Shown here: one piece after another, positions 39,628 through 52,639 of the stretch
Numbering within the stretch: position 1 is the stretch's first letter
How the letters are laid out: each line of letters begins with the position of its first letter
Assembly: GCF_006345805.1 (NCBI RefSeq)
Contig: NC_043005.1
Location: 38,812,001 to 38,876,000 of the forward strand
Direction: 5' to 3'
Length of the DNA stretch: 64,000 bases
Origin: Octopus sinensis
Taxonomy: Eukaryota
Translations under genes and position numbers: made by a program
The notes under the pieces: model-generated
The model's input: the letters and a program-made list of their open reading frames with translations, nothing else
The model's database searches: none
Told to the model about the DNA's origin: nothing

Positions 39628-40170
39628 TTCTGATCTTAACTGATTGGAAGTGTCATCATGTACATTGTTTTGTCTTGGTATAAAAGATGGGCTACAGCAA
39701 ATATTCTGCTCAATACCACAGATTTGCTTGTCAGTTGTTTGACCTTAACCAGTTGAGCATGTCCCTTAGTGGCTGACAATACGTGCATCTCTGATCACGA
39801 GCAGAGGCAGTGGGGGAGCATCATAGCCATGTGTTGAGAGGGATTCTTTGGAGTTTGAATAATTCACCTCTGAAAACATGGGTGTTTCGTTCAACATCCT
39901 AAAGCAACCCTTATTCAGGGACCTTTTGAGCAGGATGGGCTACTTGACCTGAAGAAAATTCTAACTGGGCCCCACCTGCAAGGTCATGTGCTGTTTATCT
40001 TGATATGAGATCACCATGTCGCGCACATATGGTTGTGATGCATGTGCCTGGTGTACCCTTATCAGACGGGTAGTCATGATGGGTATGCTGGGCTTCGTAT
40101 ATTTTACCCCAGTGTCACTTTGATGGCATGCACTGCTCTCTCACTCAATAATAATAATAATAATAATAAT
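39628..40170 (+). mobile_element. Probable LINE 3' UTR / young dispersed repeat ending in an (AAT)n tail
   Basis: Higher-GC, microsatellite-free 520-bp block ending gcatgcactgctctctcactc(aat)n; clade not determinable from the sequence. Confidence 0.55.
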
Positions 40171-42390
40171 TCTTTCTTTATTGGCCACCAAGGTCAAACA
40201 CAAAACATACAGGACGATACACAGACGAGGGACAGAGAGGTTAAAGTGTAAACAGCCAACACAACGAATATTAAAAAAGATATTACGTCAGCTATATGCT
40301 TCCCCAATAGGAGATGGAGGAAGTTCCATTTTAAGATAATCAAAGAGACCTCACGAACTTTGGATCCCTTAACACCAAGAGCTCCTCAGGAAGGCACCCT
40401 TTCTCCTCCCTTCCATCCGGCCTACAGGCGCACATATAGCGTAGGCCCATTCACGTGGGTCATTCTTGCCATATTCACCTACCTTTCAACGAACGTACTT
40501 GATGACAGTACTTCCCTCTCCAGCTTCACTTTCCTTTTCGGGTGGAATAAAAAAGGTCAATGAGGCCTTGGCCAAAGAGGAAGGTACTTGTCTTCAACCC
40601 TTTCAATCGCGTCCACCACAAAACCTCTTTTGCCATAGGCACCAGACAGAGAAAACTTGCCCTCCCTTCCGGGCCAAAGGAAGGAGGCGGAGTGATCTTC
40701 ACAATGAAGTCGGACGATGGCCGAATCCGCCCTACACGTGACAATAAGTATTCCACAAAGCTTCACAAGTTAGTAATGCGGCGGACACTACGGGAGCATG
40801 CAGAACGGTTTCATTACTCAGTGTGCATCTCGAACAAGACCGATTGGCTGCACCCCCATGCATGTAGAGCTTATTTCGAACTGCCAACGGCCCCCGGAGA
40901 CACTGCAAGGCCAGGGATTTCTGGAATTTATCCATAGCTCCCGGCCCGAAAGTCCTCCGGAAAAATAAAACAACCAGTTGATCACTCTCGACGCCCAGAA
41001 CATCGAGTACGTTGTTGCTCTTGTCCTCCACTTATCCCTTATAGAACTCCAAAGTGGAACTTTCACCGACCGCATTGCCCGACTGGCCAAGGGCTGTGAG
41101 CGCTTGGAGAAACTATAGGAAGCAAACGCCCTGCCTCGGTCTACGCTTGACCCAGGACTGGGCATCCTTGACGGACCGAACGTGTGATACTAAACGATTC
41201 CAAGAGGTGGCCATTTACTTTGACCACCGAACAGATGTTGCTGTACATAGTAGCGATCCAGCCTCTGAAAACGGGACCGAAACCTCCATGTAGAGATGGT
41301 TGATCCTATCAAAAGCTTTCGATTGATCCAAATGGATCAGGCCGCCACCCGTGCCATGTTCTTTACCAATCCTCTCCATGATGTATCGAGTGAGGTGGAC
41401 GTTGCCGTGAATAGTTCTGCTGGCGATAGCGCAAGTCTGCGCATGACCCACCTGTCTTTCAACGTCAAGCGTCAATCTCTTTGCTAACACCTGGCCAAAA
41501 TTTTGTAATCTGTATTTAGCAGAGTTACTGGCCTAAAATGATCAACAATGTTTGTTCTTGTGTCTGTTTAGGTTGTTTGCGTTTGAGAGATTCTGGTAAC
41601 AGAGAGGATGCTGGTTGTGCTGGTGTTGGTGATATTGGAGAATTGCTTTCGTGGGTGGTATTTTTATTTTTTGTTGTGGGTGTTGTTATGCTTTGTGGAG
41701 TTTTCTATTGTGTTTTCTCGTTCTTTTTTTTTTGGTGGGGGTCCTTTTGGATTTCCTTAATTTTCACTACTGGAAGATGAGGGGTCTATAGCAGTAAGTG
41801 TTCTCTGTGTGTATGTTCATATTCTTGTTTATGTGCGTATTTTCTTTTGTGTGACGGGCGTAGGAGAATTCGCCTCGTTTTCCCCTAGGGTGGTTAAAGT
41901 CTTTGGTGTTTTGTTTGTTCTTACTGGTGGTTTTGCCGATGCTTGTGTTGTTTGTGATCCTCGTCCGGGCGTAGAGAGCAGTGGAGGCCTTTGATTCCTT
42001 GCAATTTGTACCAATTGAGGGCAGGGTAGCAAACTCGCAAATGAGCAGTTTCTCCACAAGCGAAACAAAACGGCCTTTTGCCCTCAGTCATTATGTGTAT
42101 CACTGTCCGTTCTGAAGACGGATGTGGTCCGGGATTGTTTTTATGTTTTCGGGCCTGATCTGGAGAAGTATCTCTATGTCAACCCCGGACCAGTCCTCCC
42201 GGCAGTTCTTGTCACCTCTATTGCGACGGTATCCGTCCCCTCCACATTTACGCGTCCCAGAAGCCACCACATATAAAGTGCTGCCCTTCGCTATGTAATC
42301 GATGTCGTCTCTGATGCAACTTAGCGCCGCTTCAATATCTACTTGTACTATTAAAGCCAGGATCCACTCATTTTGTGCTTGGAAAGATCC
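40170..42390 (-). mobile_element. Internally deleted Tx1/L1-clade LINE (ORF1 with CCHC knuckle, partial RT, C-terminus, 3' UTR)
   Basis: ORF1 CFACGETAHLRVC; RT RPVTLLNTDYKILARVLAKRL...QTCAI...LDQSKAFDRINH; C-terminal CSRCTLSNETVLHA; ends AATAAAGAAAGAA(TTA)n. Confidence 0.88.
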
Positions 42391-42399
42391 CTTTGAGTG

Positions 42400-43235
42400 A
42401 TACACTACAGAAAAAAAAAGTTGGGGTATGACCTGAGAAGATGTAAGGGAAAACTGAACCACTTGCTAAAATGTGAAGCAGAAATGGACAACTTAGTCCA
42501 GTCTGTGCAGATTTTCTCCAATGATATCAAAATGGATTTTGGGCTCTCAAAATATGCTACGATAGTGATGAGACGAGGAATGCTTGTCAGAACAGAAGGC
42601 ATAGTTTTGCAAATTGGTAAGATGATGAAGGTAATTCAACCTCAATCCAGCTATAAATACCTGGAAATACCTGAGGCAGATGGAATTAAACACAATGACA
42701 TGAAGGGTAAGACAAAAAGGGAGTACCTGCGGCGAGTGAGAATATTACTGGCTTTAAAGCTGAATGCCAAAAACATAATTTTGGCCATAAATTCGCGCGC
42801 ACTCACAGTAGTTCGGTATGGCGCTAGAATCCTGAAGTGAACAGAGGGGGAGCTAAAGGAGATGGACAGGAAGTCAATAAAGCTCCTAGCGATGCATAGA
42901 GTCTATCATCCACGTGCAGATACTGATCGCCTATATATAGAGAGAGCATCTGGAGGGAGGGGAATGATAAGTGTGAAAGACTGTATGTATCGCACTCGAG
43001 AGCTCAACGAGATACCTAGCCCAAAGTAAGGAAACCTTGTTAGTGTCAGTGAGGAACGAGGGTGTATTGAAAGCAGAGAAAAAAGGAGAAAGGAAAGAAG
43101 TACAATAAGGACACGAAGAAGAATTAAGCAACCAGGGATTGCACAATCAATTCCATGTAGCCATAACAAGTCGCTGGAAAAATAGGTGGGATTGGCTGAA
43201 AAAAAGGAACACTAAACAAAGAGACCGAGAGCACT
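42400..43235 (+). mobile_element. R4/Dong-like non-LTR retrotransposon RT fragment
   Basis: ...QIFSNDIKMDFGLSKYA...SYKYLEIPEADGIKH...EYLRRVR...LNAKN...AINSRA...HPRADTDRLYIERASGGRGMISV...KKGTLNKETES. Confidence 0.85.
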
Positions 43236-43285
43236 CTTTTACTTGCTTCTGTCATTTGACTGCGACCATGCCGGAGCACCGTTAA
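43235..43285 (-). mobile_element. SINE family A tail, reverse
   Basis: cttgcttctgtcatttgactgcgaccatgccggagcaccg. Confidence 0.75.
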
Positions 43286-43829
43286 GAGCTCCTTCACTTA
43301 TTATTTTATTTAAATTGTCGAGTAAAGTGGGATGATTTTCTCCTGCTTTCATATGTTTTTGGATAGTGTTCCATGTTCAAATCATTACTCTAATTCGTAT
43401 TATTAGCAAAAAATATTATCATCTGCAATATGAAAAGTTCGAATATCACCAGAATTTCTATTTGCGCCACAGATGTATAGGCTTGTGTCTTCTCTGTGTA
43501 TTTGCCAAAATGATAACAATGTGCGTAACTCCTTCCAACTGCATCTGTTCTTAATTGTTAACAATCTATGTTGTTTAACTTTTTTTTAAATTTGTGCTGA
43601 TATTTTTTCACACGTTTTCCCCCAACTTGAAGTTATTGAATTTCATTGCTTTTCCATTAGATGAAGCACATTTTAAAAAATAGTAAACAAGTAAACTAGC
43701 ATATTTTAAAACAAAAAGTCTAAAAGACAGACTATTGTTTATATTTGATAATGGAACAGGCCATGAAACATTTCTATGTCACAGAAGAACTCCCAAAGAA
43801 AATACCGTACTACAACAATAGCCCTTTCT

Positions 43830-43975
43830 TCTATTTCCTTTCTGCTATTGGTACGAGGCCTGAACTTACATTGATCCCAGTGCTGAATTGGTACTTATTA
43901 TATTGACCACAAAAGACTGAAATGCAAAGCCTACCCCCGGAAAATTTCATCGCAGTCGCATTGTTACCAAGTATT
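43830..43975 (-). mobile_element. Degenerate SINE family B, reverse
   Basis: ggtacgaggcctgaac...gatcccagtgctgaattggtacttatt...gactgaaatgcaaagcctacc. Confidence 0.6.
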
Positions 43976-44599
43976 CTTGCTGCTGTTGTTTTTGTTCTTG
44001 ATCTTTTTCTTATTATTATTATCTATATTATTCTACGCATTTCTGCGTTTCTATTTATTTTATCCGTGTGTTACGCCTTGGCCCAAGAAATAACGATTCA
44101 AATGGAAAGTAGTATATATGGAAAGAGGAGAAGAGCGGGAGAGCCTAAGAAAGAGTGAGGCGAATAGGAAGATGAGACGGTCTCCATTATTCTACATTTG
44201 CGTGTTCAAATCACAGACACAGTCAAAAGGTTTAACATAATGAAACAATGTCATAAAGATTTATAAATTTACGCATCAAATATATCGATTGATAGTTAAA
44301 TTAAATTTAAATAACCTTAGCAAATAGCTGTGGATGTTACACATTTATCTTTTACATATTCCATATCAAAGGCTACAGCCATGCTCGAGCACCACCATTC
44401 CTTTTTTGTTATTTGCTTTAGATACTTATCTAGCTAGCTGTCCAGCTAGCTAGATAGATAGATAGAATGATAGGTACGTAGGTGAGTTTTCAGACATATC
44501 AACAGATATGCAGATAGAGAGATATGTTAACAGATATACAAGTAGTTATGTAGAGAAGTAGGCTGAAATGAAAAGATACAAGGAAAACTAAGCTATGAG

Positions 44600-44975
44600 C
44601 GTTACATTCCTTGGAAGAAAGCAAGGACGGAAAAAACATAAATGTTACACAAATATAATTAACATGACATAACAACAGGTGTCTTTTGACTAAGAACGAA
44701 TTAAATTAAGCTGGCGTGTGTGAAAGTAAAGCCTTACGGCAGGGACAGGAGACTTAACAAGCACAGGAAGGAATATAGATGTGCACGGATAGTAGTCCAA
44801 CCAAGAAAGAATGGCCAGGCCTAGCCGAACACCGGACACGTAGGGAGAGAAAAGAGGTAGAAGTAGAGACAGAGGGATAGAAGAATTAAGGAGGGCTAGA
44901 AAAAAATGAAAGAGACACAGTGAAGTGAAAGAGGGAAAGTGAGCATGAAAAGAAGGCTAGGAAATGTGAGAGAGG
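44600..44975. repeat. Unclassified dispersed repeat, copy of 25870-26245
   Basis: Direct colinear similarity. Confidence 0.8.
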
Positions 44976-45420
44976 ACCGAAAGAACGAAGTGTGAAAGGG
45001 CTGAAAGAAAGAAGGAAAGAATGAAAGAATACAAAGAATAATAGAGTCGTACAAAATTTAGATATATATAGTTATGTATAAGAAACCAAAGTGTACGTAC
45101 GCTGCTATGCATGTATGTATGTATATATGAGTGTGCTTATATACGCGCGAACGAGTAGTGTGTGAATGTGTATGTGTACGAATAAGTTTTATCGTTTTAA
45201 TTCATCTTTTAATTCTTTAAACTAAGAATCACACCATTTCTGTCAAGCAACTTAAAAGGAGAAAAAGAAGCAATACTATTTAAGTTCATTTCTATAAGAT
45301 ATTATTAAATGACAGGATTTCAAAAAAACGTTTTGAAATTCCTTGCTTAACATAATTATATAATGTTTTCAAATATACTGATCGACGCTGTGAAATCTCC
45401 TGCTAATTACTATTATCATA

Positions 45421-46166
45421 AAGCAGCGAGTTGGCAGAATCGTTAGCACTCCACGCAAAATACTTAACATCATTTCTTCTGTCCTTACGCCTTACGTTCT
45501 GAGTGAAAATCTGCCGAGGTCGACTTTGCTTTTCTTTCTTTCGGGATCGCACTGGAGTTGCTATAATCGACTATCCCCTCACCTAAAATTTCAGGCCTTG
45601 TGCCTGTAGTAGAAAAGATTCTTCTTCTTCTTCTTCTTCTTTCTTCTTCTTCTTCTTCTTCTTCTTCTCGTTATTATTATTATTATTATTATTATTGTTA
45701 TTATTATTATTATTAAGGCGGCGAGCTGGTAGAAACGTTAATGCGCCGGGCGAAATACTTAGCGGTATTTCGTCTGCCTTGTTTGTCTCCTCTGTGTTTA
45801 GCCCCTTGTGGGTAGTAAAGAAATAGGTATTTTGTTTGCCGTTACGTTCTGAGTTCAAATTCCGCCGAGGTCGACTTTGCCTTTCATCCTTTCGAGGTCG
45901 ATAAATTAAGCACCAGGTACGCACTGGGGTCAATGTAATTGATTTAATCCATTTGTCTCTCCTTGTTTGTCCACTGTATGTTTAGCCCCTTGTGGGTTGT
46001 AAAGAAATAGGTATTTCGTCCGTCTGTACGTACTTAGGTCAAATTCCGCTGAGGTCAACTTTGCCTTTCGGGGTATATAAATTAAGAACCAGTGAAACAC
46101 TGGATTCGATGTAATCGACAAAGCCACTCTCCACAAATCTGAGACCTTGTGCCTCCAGCAGAAAGG

Positions 46167-46170
<4 letters not shown>
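45421..46170 (+). mobile_element. Two SINE family B insertions, the second a head-to-tail internal multimer
   Basis: Heads at 45421 and 45717; repeated ...aaagaaata|ggtatttcgtc junctions near 45827 and 46011; (TTC)n/(TTA)n tails. Confidence 0.85.
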
Positions 46171-46231
<61 letters not shown>

Positions 46232-48029
46232 TATCGAACGCATGCTCCTGAGAATTTAGTTCAGCAGAGCAGGACATGTTCGAACGCCAGATAATAGCAT
46301 TCCGAAAATTCTTCTGTATGGCCGACATGCAGATGGATTCCGCGATAAAGGAAGAACTCTGCTAAGATAAGGATAAGTGGAAACGGTCACTAATATCCCA
46401 ACAGCTTAGTGTAACGCTATAAAATGTGTCATAATGCATCTGAACAATTTGAGTTGAATGGAAAAATAATAGAAATCAAAATCATAAGTGTCCTCTTCGT
46501 GGCACCGTAGCAAAATCCATACCTAGATTCGAATTATATACATGCATACTTTGCAAATAGATGTAGCTTACTTTTTTTTCTAATCATTTCCTTCAAACTC
46601 TCGTGAGTCAAGGATGATCTTCATTCTCATTAAACCTTCATTTTCAACAGTATTTGACGATGTGAGCGTATGATTAAACATCAGAACAACAAATGTCTTA
46701 TCGTAATTAGCCAACCGGAAGGCTGGAGGACTATCTGAAAAAAAAGTAGCTGACGAAGATATTTGCCGAACAAATGACGTGTGCAGAAAAATCAACCATC
46801 CAGCATACTGATGGGCAAAAACAAGTGATCAAAGGACCTCATCAGAAGTCAACCAGCCAGAACGCTAGACTACTGCGAAACCAAATTTATGACCAGGAAT
46901 TTCGAAAAATTAATGGCGTATTCAGGCAGTCGCGAAACCAGAACTCCGGAGCACAGGTGGACAAAATTTTGAGATGTCATTGAATTTATAACCAGTCAGG
47001 AATTTAACGAATATCTAAAAAAGTTCATGTACAAAGCAATGTCAACTTAAAGCAATAGATGTTCTTACCAACAAAACCAACGATGAAAAATTGTCCTTCA
47101 TATACTACATCGGAAGGTATAAAGAAATTGGTTTTCCCATCTTTTTTTCCCTATTTTTTGAGACTTCATCGTAACTAATTATTAATATAACTTATTGATC
47201 TGAAACACAGAGAATCTCATTCATGTATTATTCATCAAACATTCGAACGCTTATTTTTTATTACTGTGAAATTTATTGAATATTTGGATTTGTAGGAATA
47301 TTTGATATTTTAAAGCATGTTTTATCGAATTTTCTCTTGTAACTTCAATTTCTTCTATCATTTTAATATAACATTGAAAAAAAATTGAAACCGGTATGGT
47401 TAAAAAATAATTCATTTTAAGGTGCATTTCCAAACCCCAAACCAACACTACTATATCATTTCCTGCATAGACCATTTTTTCTACACAGACACACACACAC
47501 GTACACACACGCACACATACATTCACACTTTGCATGCACACACAGACGCAGACAGACAGACACACACACGCAAAGACATATATATATATATACGTGTGTG
47601 TGTGTATTGTATAGCTAGGTATATGACTTTCTTCACGGTGTAATATAGAAGCGTTTCATCTATCTAAATGTCATGTCAGTGTGCACCTTATTTAGATACG
47701 AAATGCATATCAACATCGCCGTAGCTCTCACAATAGACAGCTCAACATATATATTCTTGAGAGAATTTCCAGTTTGTACTTTCTCAATCAATATGCTGTA
47801 TGTTTTCTCAATCAGATAGTTGTGTTCTTGAGATTCTCTGTGCGTGTCAGTGCGCGTGTGTATGTGGGGAGGTATGTGTTTGTTTGCATGTACCTAAGAG
47901 ATGATTCAGTAACGCTATGTACCACAAATATTTCATTTATTTCTATTCTTATGTATCCACACAGCAACAATAAACTTGTCTCCAAACTTAAAGAAAATCT
48001 GGCAACATTATTGATAGGCTGGTAACTGG

Positions 48030-48660
48030 AGAGAATTTTTAGAATGTCAGTCAGATTCTGTTGCGAGATTTATTTTGGTTCGTTATGATCTAGGTTCAAA
48101 TCCTACCGAGATCATCTTGCCCTTTCATACTTTTGATTTCAACAAAGTACCAGTCAAATAATCAAGTATCAACCAACCCCTCCCCTCAAAATTTCTAACC
48201 TTACCTTGTCCCTAAATCAGAAACAATAAAATACATGAATTGGCAGAATCGTTACAGCGTCAGTTAAATTTGCGGTCTTTCTCACGGCTCTTTACGTCCT
48301 AAGTTCAAATCGCGCGATAAACCTCTTTTACTTTCACCCTTCTATGGGTTGAAAAATTAAATTACCAGTCAAATAATTTGGATGATGATATCAACTAAAC
48401 CTTCTGCTCAAAATTATTGGGTTTGTACCTAAATAAGAAACACATAAGGAGTACACTGTCAGGCTCGTTAGTCGTCGGACGAAATACGTTGCGGTACTTC
48501 TTCCGTCATTTTACCTTCCAAGTTCACACCCCGTTGCGGTGAAATGTGCATTCATCCTTCCGACATCAATAAAATATATTTCCAGTTAAATAATGAGTAT
48601 CGAGTAACACACTCTTCTCAAAATTGCTGGAATTGTGAATTAGAAACACTAATTTTCTAT
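48030..48660 (+). mobile_element. Cluster of three old SINE family B copies
   Basis: ttggcagaatcgtta..., gttcaaatc..., aaagtaccagtcaaata repeated degenerately. Confidence 0.6.
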
Positions 48661-49026
48661 TTGTTTATGAATAATGAAGAAACGGAAGGGTAGTGCAGTA
48701 ACTCTGATTCTTTTCCGAATTTGGCAGACACATGAAAAAAAAAAAAAAAGAGAAGAACTATTTTCAGACCGGAAATCTGGCTTGAATATTTCTAACACAG
48801 TGAGTTGGCTGTAGAATCAAATCTTTCTCGTTTATGATCGGTGATTATGCGCGCTTCCGAATAATTTCTGTTTTCCAAATTCCAATCAATGGGCTTTGAT
48901 CGAGCAAAGGCTTTTATTAGAAGATAATTGTAAGCGCTTAAAATATAACAATAATTTTTATATATGTATATATGCATATATATATACATGCATGCATGCA
49001 TAAATATATTTGTATATATATGTATG

Positions 49027-49087
<61 letters not shown>

Positions 49088-49504
49088 GCATGTATAAATG
49101 CACGTGTTATCCTTTTGTTCTACACTACCAATCATGTTGATGCTGTTGTAAATGGTTTTCTTCTGAGAGAGTTACAATTCATGACAAAGAAAGATAAAAA
49201 TGATATATCCTTTACAATGTTTGCTACTAGTTTATTTATTTGGAAATTTGCTTCTTATTTTCTAATTGCTGGCAATTTTTTTTTTTAATTCTCTTCTGTT
49301 CGCTAATTTGTTCGTTTGTTCGACTTCTTCCATTTTATTTTATTTCATAATATTTTTTTGTACTGCTTGCTGTTTGTGTTTCTTACTTTACTTGACAAGA
49401 AATAATAAAGAGCAGTCGGCACAATAAACGAATCGATTTGTCATTATTATTATTTTCTTAAATTAATAATTACTCATACACATTTCTATTAGATACACAG
49501 GCTT

Positions 49505-49567
<63 letters not shown>

Positions 49568-51371
49568 ACCCATGTTATTTTTTCTGCCACATTCTTTAAA
49601 ACGATTAGTTAAAACCAGATTTTTTCTTTGTCTTTCTTTCTTTCAAAATTGCTATTAGCTCGGACAAAAAATAATGGAGAACATTTGGGATGTAATTATA
49701 AACACAGAAGACTCGAAACACACACAAAAAATTAATAATCAAAGGAATGTAAGAACGTCAGAGTTCCACCTTTATTAGAAATTTGGTAAATTAATAACCA
49801 ATTCTGTTTCTAATTTTTATTTAAGTTTTCAGTCTATTCATAGCTCATCTCAAGTTCTATTTTTCCATTCCTTTCTTCTTTCATTCTCATCTACTTTCTT
49901 TTGTATTTTTGTTATTTTATTATTATTATTATTATTATTGGCTGTTGTGTTTTTTTTTCATTTCTCGCAAATTTTACGTGTTTCTCTGAATTGAGATGTT
50001 CTCAATATTGGATTGTCAGTATGTCATTGGAAACTGTTTTAAATAGCAGTTCTAATAAAAGACATGATAATTGATGGAAGTGGAGTAGAAATTTCCAATC
50101 AATGCCTGGAAACTTCGTAAATATCGATTGTAATCTAATTTCTCGATGCGGAAGTAGTTGATCAATCAACGGCACAAATAACGCATCACTACCCCACCAT
50201 ATTCCACTCCAACCACTCCAAAACAAAATGGTCGCTTGGACTTAACAGTGCTTCACGTCCTCCGTAACGGTGTTAACTAAATTTGAATGAATTTATACTC
50301 ACACACTCAAAAACACACATACATACACACACAAGCATGCACACACACATATATGTAAATGAGTAGTATAAAATGTGGATTCAGGGAATTGCATGGCTAT
50401 CACAGTACGCCTCTCTTACGGACTCGTGTAACAGTCTACATGATAATCCAACATATAATGTAGAGTACCCATGGAAAAGAAATGCAAAAGATCCGATCAA
50501 TGAAGTTATTTCATGAAGAATACATAAAATATAAAAGTCAGGAAGTATGAGAGGTGAATATATATATTTATTTAACTACATAACTTCATTAAGGTTACAG
50601 CCGTTTCGCAATCTTCTTGCAATATTAATTTCAGTGTGGAAGTAATTATGCTAACTAGTTTGCATTAACAATACAATTGTATATTCACAAATAAATGCAC
50701 ATAAAGGAAGCTAGCTCAAGGGATCACTAAAACATCATGATTTCAAGAAAGTTTCAAATCTAAATACACACACAAAATTCCCTCTTTAGATATACAATAT
50801 ATGTGAGCCCGACAGTGAGTAAAAATAAGAATATGTTGCTTTATATCAAGGTGCTTGAAAGAAATCTAAGCAATTGACTATTTTCAATGTAAACAAAACA
50901 CAGGTAGAGATAAGAAGTAAATGTAGATAAAGTAAATTCAAAACTTTTTTTTAATACTTTCAAAAGTATGCAATGATATAAAAAAATATAATAATAATAA
51001 TAAAAATAATAATAATATATGTACACGGGAATGTTCGCAGTTACTTCGAAAGTTTAGCGTTCTCGCTCCCATCACCATTTAGGAGATAAGCAAGCCGAAA
51101 TTTCGAAGTCCTTGAAGCCGTTTTCCATGTAAAATTTTAATGATTATGTACAACACTTTAAAGTTTTGAGAAAGCCTTCTGTATAATAATACATTCTGTT
51201 TGTATATAACGTCATATATAATATATATATTAAAATTATAAATTAGGGTATCTACGAGATTCCACCATGCTGAAAATAGCAGCCATGATCTGACTTTAAA
51301 ACCACCTAAATTGTCCATATATGAACACAGAGAAAAACAAAGAGACGAGATGAAACTAGTAAAAAATTATT

Positions 51372-51433
<62 letters not shown>

Positions 51434-51439
<6 letters not shown>

Positions 51440-51700
51440 GGCGCAATGGCCCCGTTGTTAGGGCAGCGGACTCGCGGTTTCGATTCCCAGACCCGGCGTT
51501 GTGAGTATTTATTGAGCGAAAACACCTAATGATCCACGAGGCTCCGGCAGGGGGTAATGGCGATCCTTGCTGTACTCTTTCACTACAACTTTCTCACACT
51601 CTTCTGTTGGCCTGCTCGCTTAGCTAGCGGGGTGGCGTCATTTGAAGGCTAAAACAATGCGAAGCGCATTGTTGCCAGCGATAGACTGGTTGGTCACGGT
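51434..51700 (+). mobile_element. tRNA-derived SINE family C, internally deleted
   Basis: ggaggcgcaatggccccgttgttagggcagcggactcgc (A box) ... ggtttcgattcccagacc (B box). Confidence 0.75.
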
Positions 51701-51859
51701 GATATATATATATATAAATCCTTAAAATCCTTAAAAATGTTTTAGCCCGAAGGCTATATCAATATTCATATATATATGTATATATATATATTTATATTTA
51801 TATATATATATGTATATATATGTATATATTTATATTTATTTATATATATATATATATGT

Positions 51860-51891
<32 letters not shown>

Positions 51892-52639
51892 TATATATAT
51901 ATATATATTATATATATATATATATAATATATATATATATATTAGAAGAAATGAGGTACTCAGAAGATCGGATGGTTTATATCTACAGATATTTATTTAT
52001 ATATTACATTTTTTATATATATATCATATCACTTAGATCATTAGCGCTTTCTCCCATTCTAGTGGGGTTTTCAAATCAAACTAAGTTCCTGTGTGGGGAA
52101 TTTTGATCATTTATATAAAATGATTTTTAAATGGTAAGGACAAATAAGGAGAGAAGTGTGTAACTGACGATAAATAATTAAATGGTTGGTTTAATATACA
52201 GTGGTAGTGAGCGTGGATGAGCGGTAACATTTATGAAGGTTAGGATGTAAAAAGCGCGCTGGAGTTTTAATTACATGTATTTTGAGAATAGGTTTGATTC
52301 TTCCATGCGGCAACATGTACATCATTGCGCAAAGTAACCTTCAATTTAATCAAGATATCCTTTGACCTGAAGAGTATCCGACGGTATACACTTTGCTAAG
52401 GTTTTTTTTTTACCATACCGTAGCATTTGTATATATATATATATATTTATATATATAATCGCTTGTGCGGGTACATGTGTATGCGTATGTGTATAATTAT
52501 ATAATGCCAATCAGCCATGACCGTCACTTGCAAATGTGTATATGATGGAGCGTATCATATTTTGGTTAAATGTTTTTGTTGCCTATATAGATGTGAGAAA
52601 ACATAGATACCTTCAAGACTAACCTACTCATTGAATTCT

